Origin: Gemmatimonadales bacterium
Lineage (GTDB): Bacteria; Gemmatimonadota; Gemmatimonadetes; Gemmatimonadales; GWC2-71-9
DNA: 64,000 nucleotides
Reading direction: 5' to 3'
Assembly: GCA_035491815.1 (NCBI GenBank)
Contig: DATJKA010000035.1
Span: forward strand, 84,718 to 148,717
In this document: one piece after another, positions 1-9,541 of the stretch
How the letters are laid out: each line of letters begins with the position of its first letter
Numbering within the stretch: position 1 is the stretch's first letter
Program-made: the position numbers and the translations under genes
The notes under the pieces: generated by a model
What the model was told of the DNA's origin: nothing
Databases searched by the model: none
Seen by the model: only the letters and a program-made list of their open reading frames with translations

Positions 1-306
1 CGCGACCGCCACGAGGTCGACCGAGTGATCGTCCAACCCGCTTCGCTCCGCGGGCGCGACGCGATACTCGATGTTTCGCCGCTGTGTCGCCGAGTCGATT
101 TGCGTCGCGCTCGCGTCGGTCGCGATCACGTGACCGAAGCGCTGCGCGAGCCCCACCGCTGCCTGGCCGGACCCCGTCCCCACGTCCCACGCCCGCTCAC
201 GCGCCGGCGCCTCGCGCGCGAGGAAATCGAACAGCGCGTCGGGATAGCGCGGCCGGAACGCCGCGTACGCGGTCGAGACGCTGGAGAAATGATCCGCGAA
301 GGTCAC
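1..306 (-). CDS. Class I SAM-dependent methyltransferase (5' part; gene continues past the window start)
   Basis: My own translation of the minus strand from GTG at 306 gives VTFADHFSSVSTAYAAFRPRYPDALFDFLA..WDVGTGSGQAAVGLAQRFGHVIATDAS. This contains SAM-binding motif I (VGxGxG). There is a GTGA start/stop overlap with the upstream peptidase gene. It is absent from the ORF track because the window edge truncates it. Confidence 0.7.
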   Translation of the reverse strand, partial: MTFADHFSSVSTAYAAFRPRYPDALFDFLAREAPARERAWDVGTGSGQAAVGLAQRFGHVIATDASATQIDSATQRRNIEYRVAPAERSGLDDHSVDLVAVA

Positions 307-1940
307 GGGCGCGTCGTGGGGGCAGCGGGCGTGGGGGCGAGCGAAGGCGTGCTGCGCTGCGGCGGCTGGCAGTCGGGCCAGGCGCCGGGCTGGCCGTTGG
401 GTCTCGACTGGAAAACGTCGCGCTTCACGCGGGAGATGTGCGTCGAATCCTCCGACGCGAGATACACGAGCATCGCGGTGAGGATCGCGTTGTTCTTCAC
501 GTCGTCGAAACTGAGCTTGTCGTACGTATCGCGGTTCGTGTGCCAGGTGTAGCGGCCGTAGTCCCAGTCGCCGGAGCCGAGCCCGAACCCGGTTGCGCCG
601 CACGAGACGAATGACGCGTGGTCCGTCCCGCCGCCCGACGGATTGCCGGGGAAGCTGAACTTGATGCTGCGAGTGATGTCGGCGGGGATCCGGGAGAGGT
701 AGCGCGCGAGATTCTGCGCCGCGTCCGGGAAGCCCGACGCGCTCATGCTCTCGACGCGGCCGGTGCCGTTGTCCTGGTTGAAGAGGGCCTGCAGCCCGTT
801 CACGACGTCGGCATGATCGGCGACGAAGCCGCGCGAGCCGTTCAGGCCTTGCTCCTCGCCGCTCCAGTGGCCGACGAGAATCGTCCGCTTCGGATTGGGA
901 TAGACGACCTTCAGGATACGCATCGCCTCGAGCATGGTGATCGAGCCCGTGCCATTGTCCGTTGCGCCGGAGCCGCCGTCCCACGAATCGAAGTGGGCCG
1001 AGAGCATCACGTACTCGTTGGGCAGGGCGCCGCCTTTCATTTCCGCGACGACGTTGAATACCGGGACTTCGCCGAGCGCCTGCGATTCGGCGGTGACCTC
1101 CACGACGGGTGCCTGATTGTTCGCGGCGAGACGGTAGAGCAGCCCGTAGTCTTCGCATGCGATGTCGAGCACGGGCGCGCGGTCCGTGTACGCTTGGAAG
1201 ATTTTTTGGACGCCCCACCCCTGCGACCAGAAGCTGCCGATGATGCCGGCGATGCCCGCGGTCTCGAGCCGGCGCGACAGCGGCGCGATTGCCGCCACGG
1301 TGCCGGTCCCCGCGTAGCCAGTGTGCTGGATGCGCTGTTGCCACGCCTGCTGCGCGGCGGTGCGGCGCGCCTTCATCGAATCGGCGGAGCCTTGCGTCGC
1401 CCACTTTTCCCAGCTGTCGTCCGGGCGGCACGTCGGCTGCGCGAACGAGATCAGGACGAACTTGCCCTTTGCCTGCGGCAACCACTTGGCCAATGCTGCG
1501 CTATCGGCGACATCGGGCAGGATGACGACGCCTCCACGCACCGGACGCCCGCGCGGCGTTCCGGGGCTCCAGGCGAGCATCGTGCCTTCGAGTGTGCGCT
1601 GGCGTGGTGTGATGAGATCGATGTGCGTGGCGCCGCGCCGCCAGCCGCGCCACGTGCCGTACTGCTCTTTGCGCGCCGTGATGCCCCAGGCGGTGTACGT
1701 GCGCACGAGCCAGTCTTGCGCCGCGTTCATGCCGGGCGACGCCGTGAGCCGCGGGCCGAGCGAATCGAATAGCACCTGCGCGAGGTGCTCGAGCTGCGAG
1801 CTGTCGTTGCCGATCGCCCAAATGCGTTGGAGCACGGGATCGCTGACGGCAAACCCCGATGGTTGCGGGAATCCTTGCGCGATGGCGGTGCCGGTTACGA
1901 CGGCGACGAGAGACAGAGCGGCGGACAGCGTGCGGCGCAC
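303..1940 (-). CDS. M28-family zinc aminopeptidase, secreted
   Basis: 545-aa ORF with an N-terminal signal peptide (MRRTLSAALSLVAVVTGTAIAQG). It carries the M28 metal-binding signature region SAHFDSWDGGSGATDNGTGS and HWSGEEQGLNGS. Confidence 0.9.
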   Translation of the reverse strand: MRRTLSAALSLVAVVTGTAIAQGFPQPSGFAVSDPVLQRIWAIGNDSSQLEHLAQVLFDSLGPRLTASPGMNAAQDWLVRTYTAWGITARKEQYGTWRGWRRGATHIDLITPRQRTLEGTMLAWSPGTPRGRPVRGGVVILPDVADSAALAKWLPQAKGKFVLISFAQPTCRPDDSWEKWATQGSADSMKARRTAAQQAWQQRIQHTGYAGTGTVAAIAPLSRRLETAGIAGIIGSFWSQGWGVQKIFQAYTDRAPVLDIACEDYGLLYRLAANNQAPVVEVTAESQALGEVPVFNVVAEMKGGALPNEYVMLSAHFDSWDGGSGATDNGTGSITMLEAMRILKVVYPNPKRTILVGHWSGEEQGLNGSRGFVADHADVVNGLQALFNQDNGTGRVESMSASGFPDAAQNLARYLSRIPADITRSIKFSFPGNPSGGGTDHASFVSCGATGFGLGSGDWDYGRYTWHTNRDTYDKLSFDDVKNNAILTAMLVYLASEDSTHISRVKRDVFQSRPNGQPGAWPDCQPPQRSTPSLAPTPAAPTTRP

Positions 1941-1976
1941 GGTGCGACTCCTGGTCGTCAGAGGGAAGGAGAAAGT

Positions 1977-2504
1977 CTACTGTGCGGACGCGCGGTTAGA
2001 AAGTTGAATGCGGTAGCGCACCTCGGGTACGGTCGTGTTGGGATAGTGGCGCGCGCCGCCGTCCGCGTGAAAGCCGAGTCGCTCGTAGAAGCGCCGCGCC
2101 GGCCAATTCTCCTTGAGCACCCAGAGCGTCACGGCGGCGATGCCGCGGCGCCGAAACTCGGCGAGCGCGTGGTCGAGCAGCCGGCGGCCGTAGCCACGCC
2201 CGCGCAGTCCGGGCAAAACGTGAATCGATGGGATCTCGCCGACGCCGGGCTCGGTCGTGCTCACCATGTGGCAGAATGCGACCGCGTGGTGGTTCTCCTC
2301 GAGCAGCAGCACCGGCCATTCCGGATTTGCGATGCGCCCGATCCAGAACGCGGTGCGCCAGACGAGATCCGTGCGCGCGATGACGTCGTCCGGCATGATG
2401 CCGCGGTAGGCGACGTTCCATGACTCGACGTGCAGACGCGCCACGGTCTCCACGTCCGCCGCGGTCGCGCGCCGGATGGTCAGCGGCCGAGTTTCGCTTC
2501 CCAT
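1977..2504 (-). CDS. GNAT-family N-acetyltransferase
   Basis: Acetyl-CoA binding motif [19 protein letters not shown] and the ..[18 protein letters not shown] tail. The start was moved to the internal ATG ([18 protein letters not shown]) because the longer ORF overlaps the upstream Fpg gene by more than 100 nt. Confidence 0.85.
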   Translation of the reverse strand: MGSETRPLTIRRATAADVETVARLHVESWNVAYRGIMPDDVIARTDLVWRTAFWIGRIANPEWPVLLLEENHHAVAFCHMVSTTEPGVGEIPSIHVLPGLRGRGYGRRLLDHALAEFRRRGIAAVTLWVLKENWPARRFYERLGFHADGGARHYPNTTVPEVRYRIQLSNRASAQ

Positions 2505-3385
2505 TCCTCGAGCGAGCGCGGCCAGTCGTTCTTGAGCAAGCGCGACAGCGAGCGATCGGCCAGCACGCGGCCGCCGGTCTGGCACGTCGCGCAGTAGTTC
2601 GCCTCGTTGTCGGCGTAGCGAATTCTCTGAATCGGCGAGCCACAGACGGGGCAGGGCTCCTTGTACCGGCCGTGGACGGCCATGCCTGCTTTGAAGGCAG
2701 TGACCCTCTCGGGGAACTTCGCGCCGCCGTTCGTCTCTGCGCGCAAGCGGTCGATCCAGAGCTGCGTAGTAACGCGCGCCGCCTTGTATAAGCGCTCGAC
2801 TTCTTCGTCCGTCAGCTTTCCGGTGAGCTGAAACAGCGAGAGCTTGGCGGCGTGCAGGATCTCGTCGGACAGCCAGTTGCCGATACCGTCGAACAGATGC
2901 GGATCGGTGAGGGCGCGCTTGAGCGTGTGGGATTCAGACTGGAGCCGCTCCCGGAATGCGGCTAACCCTGCGTCCATGTAGTTGAGCCCGCCGGGATCGT
3001 GTGCGGCGAGACCGGCTTCGCCGTCCACCATGTGCAATGACGCGCGGTGCTTGGGGCTCGCTTCCGTGAGCAGCAGCGTCCCGGTCGGAAAATCGAACGA
3101 AGCGAGGCCGACCTTGGCGGGTGCCTTGGTCTTCTCCGGTCGCCACTTGAACCGCCCGGCGATCATCAAATGGAAGACGAGAAACAGCTTGCCTTCCATC
3201 TCCCACACGATCCGTTTCCCGATCCGCCCCAGCGCAACGACCTTGCGACCTTCGGCGGCGCTCAAGGGCGGAGCGACGGTGCGAAGCAGCGACGGGCTGA
3301 CGACGCGGGCGCGCTCGAGCGGCTGGCCCACGATGCGGGACGCCAGCGCTTCGAGGTAAATCGTGATGTCGGGAAGCTCCGGCAT
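2480..3385 (-). CDS. Fpg/Nei-family DNA glycosylase / AP lyase
   Basis: The N-terminus [10 protein letters not shown] matches the catalytic Pro2-Glu3 of Fpg/Nei. There is a C-terminal zinc finger [28 protein letters not shown]. The start is set at the internal ATG 3385 so the protein begins with PELP. Confidence 0.9.
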   Translation of the reverse strand: MPELPDITIYLEALASRIVGQPLERARVVSPSLLRTVAPPLSAAEGRKVVALGRIGKRIVWEMEGKLFLVFHLMIAGRFKWRPEKTKAPAKVGLASFDFPTGTLLLTEASPKHRASLHMVDGEAGLAAHDPGGLNYMDAGLAAFRERLQSESHTLKRALTDPHLFDGIGNWLSDEILHAAKLSLFQLTGKLTDEEVERLYKAARVTTQLWIDRLRAETNGGAKFPERVTAFKAGMAVHGRYKEPCPVCGSPIQRIRYADNEANYCATCQTGGRVLADRSLSRLLKNDWPRSLEEWEAKLGR

Positions 3386-3392
3386 TGGCGCG

Positions 3393-4700
3393 CTACCAGT
3401 GTCCTTGCATCCTGGTTGTGTCGCCGAGGTAGGCGTACTGCACCTTCGACATGTAGGCACGCGCGGCGTCCGCCACATCGTGGGATGACACCCACGCGAG
3501 CCGATTCATGAAGTCATCTCCCTGCCTGAAGTCACCCAGGAACAACTCGGCGCGGGCGAGAAAGTCCGCCTGATCCACTGCTGTGGCATTCGCCTCGAGA
3601 TAGTCGAACACGAATCCGTCGAGCAGTCTACGCATCTCGAGCTTGTACACGGTCAGGACCTGCAGATCTTGGACTGCCTGCCGCATCAGCTTCAGCACCT
3701 GATCGGGTTTGGGCGTGCTGGCGTACGCTTCGCCCATCGGAAGCGCTCGATCGATAAACTGCGCATTGGCGGCGTACGAGAGACTGTGCTCCGTGCGAAC
3801 GTAGTACTCGATGTAGGACGACAGGAACGCTGTGGCGACGCGGAATGGCCAATACCTGCGATCGGTGGGCGGCGGTCCGGTGAAGTAGAACATGATATAG
3901 TTCGTCGGAATCTGGCGGTGTTCGACGAGCCAGCGCGACGGGAGCCGCTCCGGTGGCGACGGCAGCGTCCAGTGATATGCGCCGGGCGGCAACTTCCCCA
4001 GCGTCGCGGTGATCAGCGACTCGGCATGGGCGCGCTCGACGTTTCCCACGATCACGAGCAGCAGGCGCGACGTGACGAGCTGATCGTGCGCGTAGGCCCT
4101 GACCTGCTCCGGCGAGATGCCGTTCAGAGACGTCTCGGTTCCCTCGGGGTCCAAGGAATACGGGTGATTCGGGAACATGGACTGGTTGGCGATGACCTGG
4201 ATGCGCTCATCGGGGTTGGTATAGCGCCTGTGCGCCCGAGTGATCAGGTCGAGTCGTGCCTGTGCGATTGCCGCATTGTCGAGCGATGCATGCATGACAC
4301 GATCCGCGAGGACGTCCCACGTCGCATCGAAGTCCTGCGCCAATCCCGTGAAGCTAAAGACCGACCAGTCGACGTTGGGCTCGAGCTCCATGACACTTCC
4401 GGTTCGCGCCATCGTGCGCACCGTTTGATCTCCCGGATAGCGCTCGGTCCCGTAGCCAGTCGCTGCGAGCCAGAGGGCTTCGATTCCCGCCGTCGCGGCC
4501 GTGAGCTGGCGCGTGCCGCCCAGGAAGTAGAGCCGGACCGCCACGATGTCGGTCGCCCGATTGACGCGTTGAATGACGTGGAGCCCGGACACGTCGTACG
4601 AGATCGTAAGCGTATCACCGGCGGTTGTGGCGCGCTGCGGGACGCGCGGGTGAGGACCGCCGGCGACTATCACGATGACGGCGAGCGAGAGCGGGCTCAT
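3393..4700 (-). CDS. M16-family peptidase-like protein (no HxxEH motif seen; probably the non-catalytic partner subunit)
   Basis: Insulinase-like fold regions. ATGA start/stop overlap at 4697-4700 with the upstream HxxEH-containing M16 gene. N-terminal signal-like [15 protein letters not shown]. Confidence 0.8.
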   Translation of the reverse strand: MSPLSLAVIVIVAGGPHPRVPQRATTAGDTLTISYDVSGLHVIQRVNRATDIVAVRLYFLGGTRQLTAATAGIEALWLAATGYGTERYPGDQTVRTMARTGSVMELEPNVDWSVFSFTGLAQDFDATWDVLADRVMHASLDNAAIAQARLDLITRAHRRYTNPDERIQVIANQSMFPNHPYSLDPEGTETSLNGISPEQVRAYAHDQLVTSRLLLVIVGNVERAHAESLITATLGKLPPGAYHWTLPSPPERLPSRWLVEHRQIPTNYIMFYFTGPPPTDRRYWPFRVATAFLSSYIEYYVRTEHSLSYAANAQFIDRALPMGEAYASTPKPDQVLKLMRQAVQDLQVLTVYKLEMRRLLDGFVFDYLEANATAVDQADFLARAELFLGDFRQGDDFMNRLAWVSSHDVADAARAYMSKVQYAYLGDTTRMQGHW

Positions 4701-6043
4701 GGCGCAGGCGCTCCCCGCCGCAGCCAGTCGCCGATCCGCGTGACCACCGCCGGGGTGCCGAGCACACCGATGACGCGGGGCGCGCCCACGATATAGGCAT
4801 GGGCGAACCGCCGCAGGGAATCCGCGGTCTGCGTCATCAGGTGATCGTCGTAGCTCAGGTAATAATCCATGCCCCCGACACTCCACCAGGAGGCGAGATC
4901 CGGAGCCAGCGACGCGATGCGCTCTCGCTCCAACGCCGCCTCGACCTGACGCCGCTTTCGCGCGATGGCGAGATCGTCGCTGGTGATGTCTTGCAGCAAA
5001 TCGAAGCGCTGCAGCTCGGAGATGAGAGCAACGATCGCCTGCTCTGCGTTCTGGGGCGTGGTGGTGCCGCGGAATTCGATCGGGCCGGTATGGTTGAGCG
5101 GCTGATAGCTCGCCGATATGGATTGGAACGGGCCGAGCGACACCAAGCGCCGCTGGAACGCCGAGGTCGGGTCATTGAATACCTCGGACAGCACGTCGGC
5201 CGCATACGTCCCGCTCGGATCCGTGGACACGCTCGGCCCGGCGATCGCAATCACAATCGTGACGTCCAGTACGTCCCGCGCGACCATGACTGCCGTGGTT
5301 CGAGCGAGCGGAGGCATTGCCGGGATGACGCGATCCACAAATGGGTCCGCCGCGGATTTCCAGTCGCCGAACCGCCGCTCTGCCTCAGCGAAGATGCGTG
5401 CCGGATCGACATCGCCGGTCACAATGAGCGCCGCATTGTTCGGCACATAGTAGCGCGTGTATGCCGTCTGCAGGCGATCGACCGAGATCCGCTGCAAAGA
5501 TGCCGAGTCGCCGTCGAAGTCTTTGCGGTGCCACGCGGGTCCCCACAGGGTCCGCGCCACCTGCCGCTCGAGATCGCCGGCCGGGTCGGCAACCCTGCGC
5601 TGCAGCTCGTCCAACACCACCGCACGCTCGGCCTTCAGGGCGCCATTGGAGAAGTGCGCGTTCGTGAGCAATTCGGCCAAGAGCCCGATGCCCGGCTCGA
5701 TGTTCTTGGAAGGCACCGTCACGTGATACGCGACGACCTCCCACGACGTCATGCCGTTGTAGATGCCTTTGAGATTGCTCACTTCGATCGCAAAATCTTC
5801 CGGTGTGTGCCGGAAAGAGTGAAACAAGAGATGCTCGTACAGGTGCGCGAGTCCCGCTTCGTCGGTGTCCTGGGTGAAGGCGCCGCTGCGCACGGCGACG
5901 AGCGCCGTCGCCAGCGGGACCGCGGCATTCTGGACGACGATGACCTCGAGACCATTCGGCAGGGTTCTGCGCCGGACGGTGGTGTCGGGGCTCGACTGTA
6001 GCGCTGCGCTGACGCAAAGCGGAATGAGCAAGTGAGTCAGCAT
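4697..6043 (-). CDS. M16-family (pitrilysin/insulinase) zinc peptidase
   Basis: Inverted zinc motif HxxEH is present as HLYEHLLFHS. Signal peptide MLTHLLIPLCVSAALQ. Paired with a second M16-like gene, the usual two-subunit arrangement. Confidence 0.9.
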   Translation of the reverse strand: MLTHLLIPLCVSAALQSSPDTTVRRRTLPNGLEVIVVQNAAVPLATALVAVRSGAFTQDTDEAGLAHLYEHLLFHSFRHTPEDFAIEVSNLKGIYNGMTSWEVVAYHVTVPSKNIEPGIGLLAELLTNAHFSNGALKAERAVVLDELQRRVADPAGDLERQVARTLWGPAWHRKDFDGDSASLQRISVDRLQTAYTRYYVPNNAALIVTGDVDPARIFAEAERRFGDWKSAADPFVDRVIPAMPPLARTTAVMVARDVLDVTIVIAIAGPSVSTDPSGTYAADVLSEVFNDPTSAFQRRLVSLGPFQSISASYQPLNHTGPIEFRGTTTPQNAEQAIVALISELQRFDLLQDITSDDLAIARKRRQVEAALERERIASLAPDLASWWSVGGMDYYLSYDDHLMTQTADSLRRFAHAYIVGAPRVIGVLGTPAVVTRIGDWLRRGAPAP

Positions 6044-6052
6044 AGACTGTGG

Positions 6053-7888
6053 CTACGAGAATACCTGCAATGCCACCTCGACGCGACCGAACGGTGCGCT
6101 CACCTGTACGCCCTGCACCATCTGCTTCACCCGCGCGAACATGTCGCGCGCGATGGCGACGCCCTCGGCGAGCGCGGCTTCTTTTCCTTTTTCCTGCGCC
6201 TTCCGCATGCGCGCGAGCACATCTTCGGGCACCGACACGCCCGGCACCTCGTTTGCCAGGAACTCGGCGTTCCGTAAACTGATGAGCGGCCAGATGCCGG
6301 CGACGATCGGCGTCTTGAACTGCTCGACGCGCTTCAAGAATGCCTCGAGCTGGCGCACGTCGAACACCGGCTGCGTGACGGCGAACTCGGCGCCCGCGTC
6401 CACTTTCCATGCGAAGCGTGACAGCTCGCGATCCTGGTCGCCGGCGCCGGGATTCACGCCGACGCCGATCGCCCATTTCGTCGCACCGCCGAGCGGATTG
6501 TTGCCTGGATCGAGTCCCTGGTTCAAGCGATAGACGAGATTCGTGAGGCCGATCGAGTCGATGTCGAAGACCGCGGTCGCCTCGGGGTAGGGACCCATCT
6601 TCGGCGGGTCGCCCGTGATGATCAGAATGTTGCGCAGCCCCGCCGCATGCGCGCCGATGATGTCCGACAGCATGCCAAGCAGATTGCGGTCGCGGCAGCA
6701 GTAATGAATGACGGTTTCGATCCCGACCTCGCGCTCGATGAGCAGCGCGGACGGCAGGACGCCCATGCGGCTCTGCGCACGCGGGCCGTCGGGCACGTTG
6801 ACGGCGTCGACGCCGGCGGCTTTCAGCGCGCGACACTGCTCGAGCATCGGCTTGGGATCGACGCCCTTCGGCGGCACGATCTCGACGCTCGTCACGAGCT
6901 GGCCTTTGGCGAGCTTCGCGCCCCACTTCGACTTCTCGGCGAGGGGTACCGCCGTCACGCCCGCGGGCGCGTGCACCTGTCCGCGTGACACGACGACGCT
7001 CGGCTGGCGCGGCACGACGCTCGCGACGTAGTCGCGGATCTTCTTGATGTGCTCGGGCGTCGAGCCGCAGCAGCCGCCGACGAAGCGCGCGCCGGCCTCG
7101 ATCATGCGGCGCGCGTAGCTCGCCATGTATTCGGGCGAGGCGAGGTAGATCTTGCGGTCGCCCACGTCTTTCGGCAGACCGGCGTTCGGCTGCGCCGAGA
7201 TCGGTTTCGTCGTCGCCTTGACCATCTTCTCGACGGCTTCGAGCAACCCCGCGGGACCGACCGAGCAGTTCACGCCGATGACGTCCGCGCCCCAGGCGTC
7301 GAGCTGCTTGGTGAACGTCTCGGGATCGGTGCCGTAGTACGTCAGTCCGTCGGTGCCGATCGTCATCTGGCAGACGACCGGCAAGTCAGACGCGGCACGC
7401 ACCGCGAGCAGCGCGGCGTGCATTTCGTCGAGATCGCTGAACGTCTCGAGGATGAAGCCGTCCACACCGCCCGCGAGCAGTCCCTGCACTTGCCTCGCGA
7501 ATTGCGCCTGCGCCTCGGCCTGCGAGGTGTGGCCGAAGGGCTCGATGCGGATGCCGAGCGGTCCGATGGCGCCGACAACGCTGGCGCGGCCACCCGCGGC
7601 GGCGCGCGCGAGCTCGGCCGCCGCCTTGTTGATCGCTTCCGTCTCGTCGGCGAGGCCGTAGCTGCCGAGCTTCAGCGGCGTGGCGCCGAACGTGTTGGTC
7701 TCGAGAATCTCGGCACCCGCACGGACGTATTCGGCGTGGACTTCCTGCACGAGCCGAGGCTGCTTGAGGTTCAGCTCGTCGTAGCAGACGTTCAGGAAGA
7801 AGCCCTTGCCGTACAGCATGGTCCCCATCGCCCCGTCGAAGACGTGGACGCGGCCATCCTGCAGCAGGGAGCGGAAGGTGACAGTCAC
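6053..7888 (-). CDS. yitJ: Bifunctional homocysteine S-methyltransferase / 5,10-methylenetetrahydrofolate reductase (YitJ-like)
   Basis: N-terminal Hcy-binding domain (FDGAMGTMLYGKG, ETNTFGA, GVNCSVGP, GGCCGSTPEHI) followed by an MTHFR domain (VEIVPPKG, CRDRN, NILIITGDPP). The start is set at GTG 7888 (VTVTFRSLLQDGR). The upstream 294 codons of the 905-aa ORF are antisense to the sigma/anti-sigma genes. Confidence 0.9.
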   Translation of the reverse strand: MTVTFRSLLQDGRVHVFDGAMGTMLYGKGFFLNVCYDELNLKQPRLVQEVHAEYVRAGAEILETNTFGATPLKLGSYGLADETEAINKAAAELARAAAGGRASVVGAIGPLGIRIEPFGHTSQAEAQAQFARQVQGLLAGGVDGFILETFSDLDEMHAALLAVRAASDLPVVCQMTIGTDGLTYYGTDPETFTKQLDAWGADVIGVNCSVGPAGLLEAVEKMVKATTKPISAQPNAGLPKDVGDRKIYLASPEYMASYARRMIEAGARFVGGCCGSTPEHIKKIRDYVASVVPRQPSVVVSRGQVHAPAGVTAVPLAEKSKWGAKLAKGQLVTSVEIVPPKGVDPKPMLEQCRALKAAGVDAVNVPDGPRAQSRMGVLPSALLIEREVGIETVIHYCCRDRNLLGMLSDIIGAHAAGLRNILIITGDPPKMGPYPEATAVFDIDSIGLTNLVYRLNQGLDPGNNPLGGATKWAIGVGVNPGAGDQDRELSRFAWKVDAGAEFAVTQPVFDVRQLEAFLKRVEQFKTPIVAGIWPLISLRNAEFLANEVPGVSVPEDVLARMRKAQEKGKEAALAEGVAIARDMFARVKQMVQGVQVSAPFGRVEVALQVFS

Positions 7889-7924
7889 AGGCCAAATAAT
7901 AACCCCCCTCGGACGTACTCTTAG

Positions 7925-8431
7925 GTGACCATGAGCAAAATCGCCGCCGATCGACTGCTCGCCGAGCACGAGCCGGCGCTCCGCAACTTCCTGGGGGCGC
8001 GCTGCCGGGACGGCGAAATCACGGCGGAATTGCTGCAAGAAGTCGCAGCGCGCGTGGTCACCGCCACGCCGCGCCTGACGGCCAACGGCAACCTGCGCGG
8101 CTACCTGTTTCGCGTCGCTGCCAACGTCTGGCACGACCACTTGCGCCGCGAAGTCGTGCGGCGGCGCTGGGAGCGCGCAACGCAGGACGAGCCGTCGGGG
8201 CGGGTCCCGGCCGCGGACGAGCGCCTGCTCGAGGGCGAGTTGCGGCTGGCCGTGCGCCGCGCCGTGAGCCAGTTGCCCGAGGCGCAGCGCGAGGTCGTGG
8301 AATTGCGGCACGAGCGTGGACTGACGTTTCAAGAGATCGCCGAGCGGTTGGGACGCCCGCTCGGCACGGTATTGACGCAGATGCGCGCGGCGCTCGCGAG
8401 AATCAGCGCCGCACTGGAGAGTTACCGATGA
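7925..8431 (+). CDS. ECF-type RNA polymerase sigma-70 family factor
   Basis: 168 aa. Region 2 (YLFRVAANVWHDHLRRE) and region 4 HTH (REVVELRHERGLTFQEIAERLGRPLGTVLTQMRAA). An alternative ATG start lies at 7931. Confidence 0.9.
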   Translation: MTMSKIAADRLLAEHEPALRNFLGARCRDGEITAELLQEVAARVVTATPRLTANGNLRGYLFRVAANVWHDHLRREVVRRRWERATQDEPSGRVPAADERLLEGELRLAVRRAVSQLPEAQREVVELRHERGLTFQEIAERLGRPLGTVLTQMRAALARISAALESYR

Positions 8432-8817
8432 CGCACCCGACGAACGACGAGCTGCTGCTGCTCGCCTACGGAGAGCTGCCGCGTGAGAGCGCGGCGCCGA
8501 TCGAAGCGCACGTTGCGGCGTGCGGCGACTGCCGGCGCGAGCTGAGGGCGTTGGACAGCGCGCGCGCGGCGCTCGACATCGCGGTGACGCCGCGGCGGCG
8601 GCTCCGCTGGATTTCGCTCGGATTGGCGGCGGCCGCGGTGCTCGCCGGCATTCTGCTGGTGCGTCCCAAATCGGAGGACGGTCCGCGCCGCGGCTGGAGC
8701 CCGACGACCGAATGGTCGGCGACCGCGGGCTATGTGGCCGGCGGCAAGGCCATGGTGGACATCGACGCACAACTCACTCGCCTGGAACAGGAGCGGCCTT
8801 ATGGCTTCCCGGAATAG
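8428..8817 (+). CDS. Anti-sigma factor (zf-HC2 type, single-pass membrane)
   Basis: ATGA overlap with the sigma gene. H-x3-C-x2-C motif (HVAACGDC). One hydrophobic helix (ISLGLAAAAVLAGILLV). Confidence 0.8.
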   Translation: MTHPTNDELLLLAYGELPRESAAPIEAHVAACGDCRRELRALDSARAALDIAVTPRRRLRWISLGLAAAAVLAGILLVRPKSEDGPRRGWSPTTEWSATAGYVAGGKAMVDIDAQLTRLEQERPYGFPE

Positions 8818-9469
8818 TCTTGGTCTCGCCCTCGCGGCCCTCGTATCGGTGATCACCGTCGCGCGGGCGCAGGGGGGAGACCCGATGCCGAACCCACAAG
8901 AAATGCAGATGCAGGTCCAGCACATTATGCAGCAGCGGCCGCGCGAGGCGGAAGCCGCGGCTCGGGCCTTTCTGCAGATAGTCGCACCCGATCGGATCGC
9001 TGGACTCGACTCCCTCCGGCAGCAGGCGTCGGGGAGTATCCCGCCGACATACCTGGTGGAGGGCAAGCCGGTTGATATTGGCGGTCCATCGGCCGCCGCT
9101 GATCAGTACTGGATGGAGGTCGCGCAACTCACCGTACAGTTCGACATGGTGCAGAAGCTCAGCCAGCGCGACAGCACCCGGGCGCAGCTCGTCGGTAAGA
9201 TGTTCGGGCTGGAGGCGGGCGCGCGCGCGCAGCAACGCGCCTACCGCGCGGCCACCGACGCCAACCGCCCGCCGATCCGTTCGAAAATCGAGGCGCTGAT
9301 TACGCAGCACTTCGATCTCGAGGATCAGCTCCGCGCGCTCGAGGTCGCGGACATCGAGCGCCGGCTTGCCGACGTACGCGCCGAGAGCCAGCGGCGCAAG
9401 GACCGGCGGGCGGAGTTCATCCGGTTTGCCGTGGACGACATCGTGCGCGACGCCATTCGGCCCCGCTAG
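8801..9469 (+). CDS. Secreted hypothetical protein (coiled-coil rich)
   Basis: AGGAG lies 8 nt upstream of ATG 8801. Signal peptide MASRNSLGLALAALVSVITVARAQG. GC-rich third codon positions. I recognised no family. Confidence 0.6.
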   Translation: MASRNSLGLALAALVSVITVARAQGGDPMPNPQEMQMQVQHIMQQRPREAEAAARAFLQIVAPDRIAGLDSLRQQASGSIPPTYLVEGKPVDIGGPSAAADQYWMEVAQLTVQFDMVQKLSQRDSTRAQLVGKMFGLEAGARAQQRAYRAATDANRPPIRSKIEALITQHFDLEDQLRALEVADIERRLADVRAESQRRKDRRAEFIRFAVDDIVRDAIRPR

Positions 9470-9484
9470 CGCCGCTCGCTCGCG

Positions 9485-9517
9485 AATGTCCAATGGCCAA
9501 TGACCATTGGACATTTT
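9485..9517 (+). terminator. Rho-independent-terminator-like hairpin (12-bp perfect stem, 7-nt loop, T4 tail)
   Basis: AATGTCCAATGG (9485-9496) pairs with CCATTGGACATT (9504-9515) and is followed by TT, so the run reads ACATTTTG. It begins 16 nt after the stop at 9469. Confidence 0.45.
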
Positions 9518-9541
9518 GCGTTGGTCATTGGACATTCCGAT

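Noticed and set aside
5385-6926. 513-aa minus-strand ORF, extremely Arg/Ala/Gly-rich.
   Set aside because: It overlaps the well-supported M16 peptidase and YitJ-like genes out of frame. Its composition is typical of a shadow ORF in GC-rich DNA, and it has no recognisable motifs.
7889-7924. SAM (S-box) riboswitch upstream of the YitJ-like gene, as in Bacillus.
   Set aside because: Only 36 nt separate it from the divergent ECF sigma start. That leaves no room for a riboswitch of about 100 nt or more, and no conserved S-box helices are seen.
7889-8770. N-terminal 294 codons of the 905-aa ORF (6053-8770).
   Set aside because: This part is antisense to the ECF sigma and anti-sigma genes and is Arg/Pro/Ala-rich with no domain. 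The homocysteine-methyltransferase domain begins right after GTG 7888, which gives a 612-codon gene (including stop), the size expected for YitJ-type proteins.
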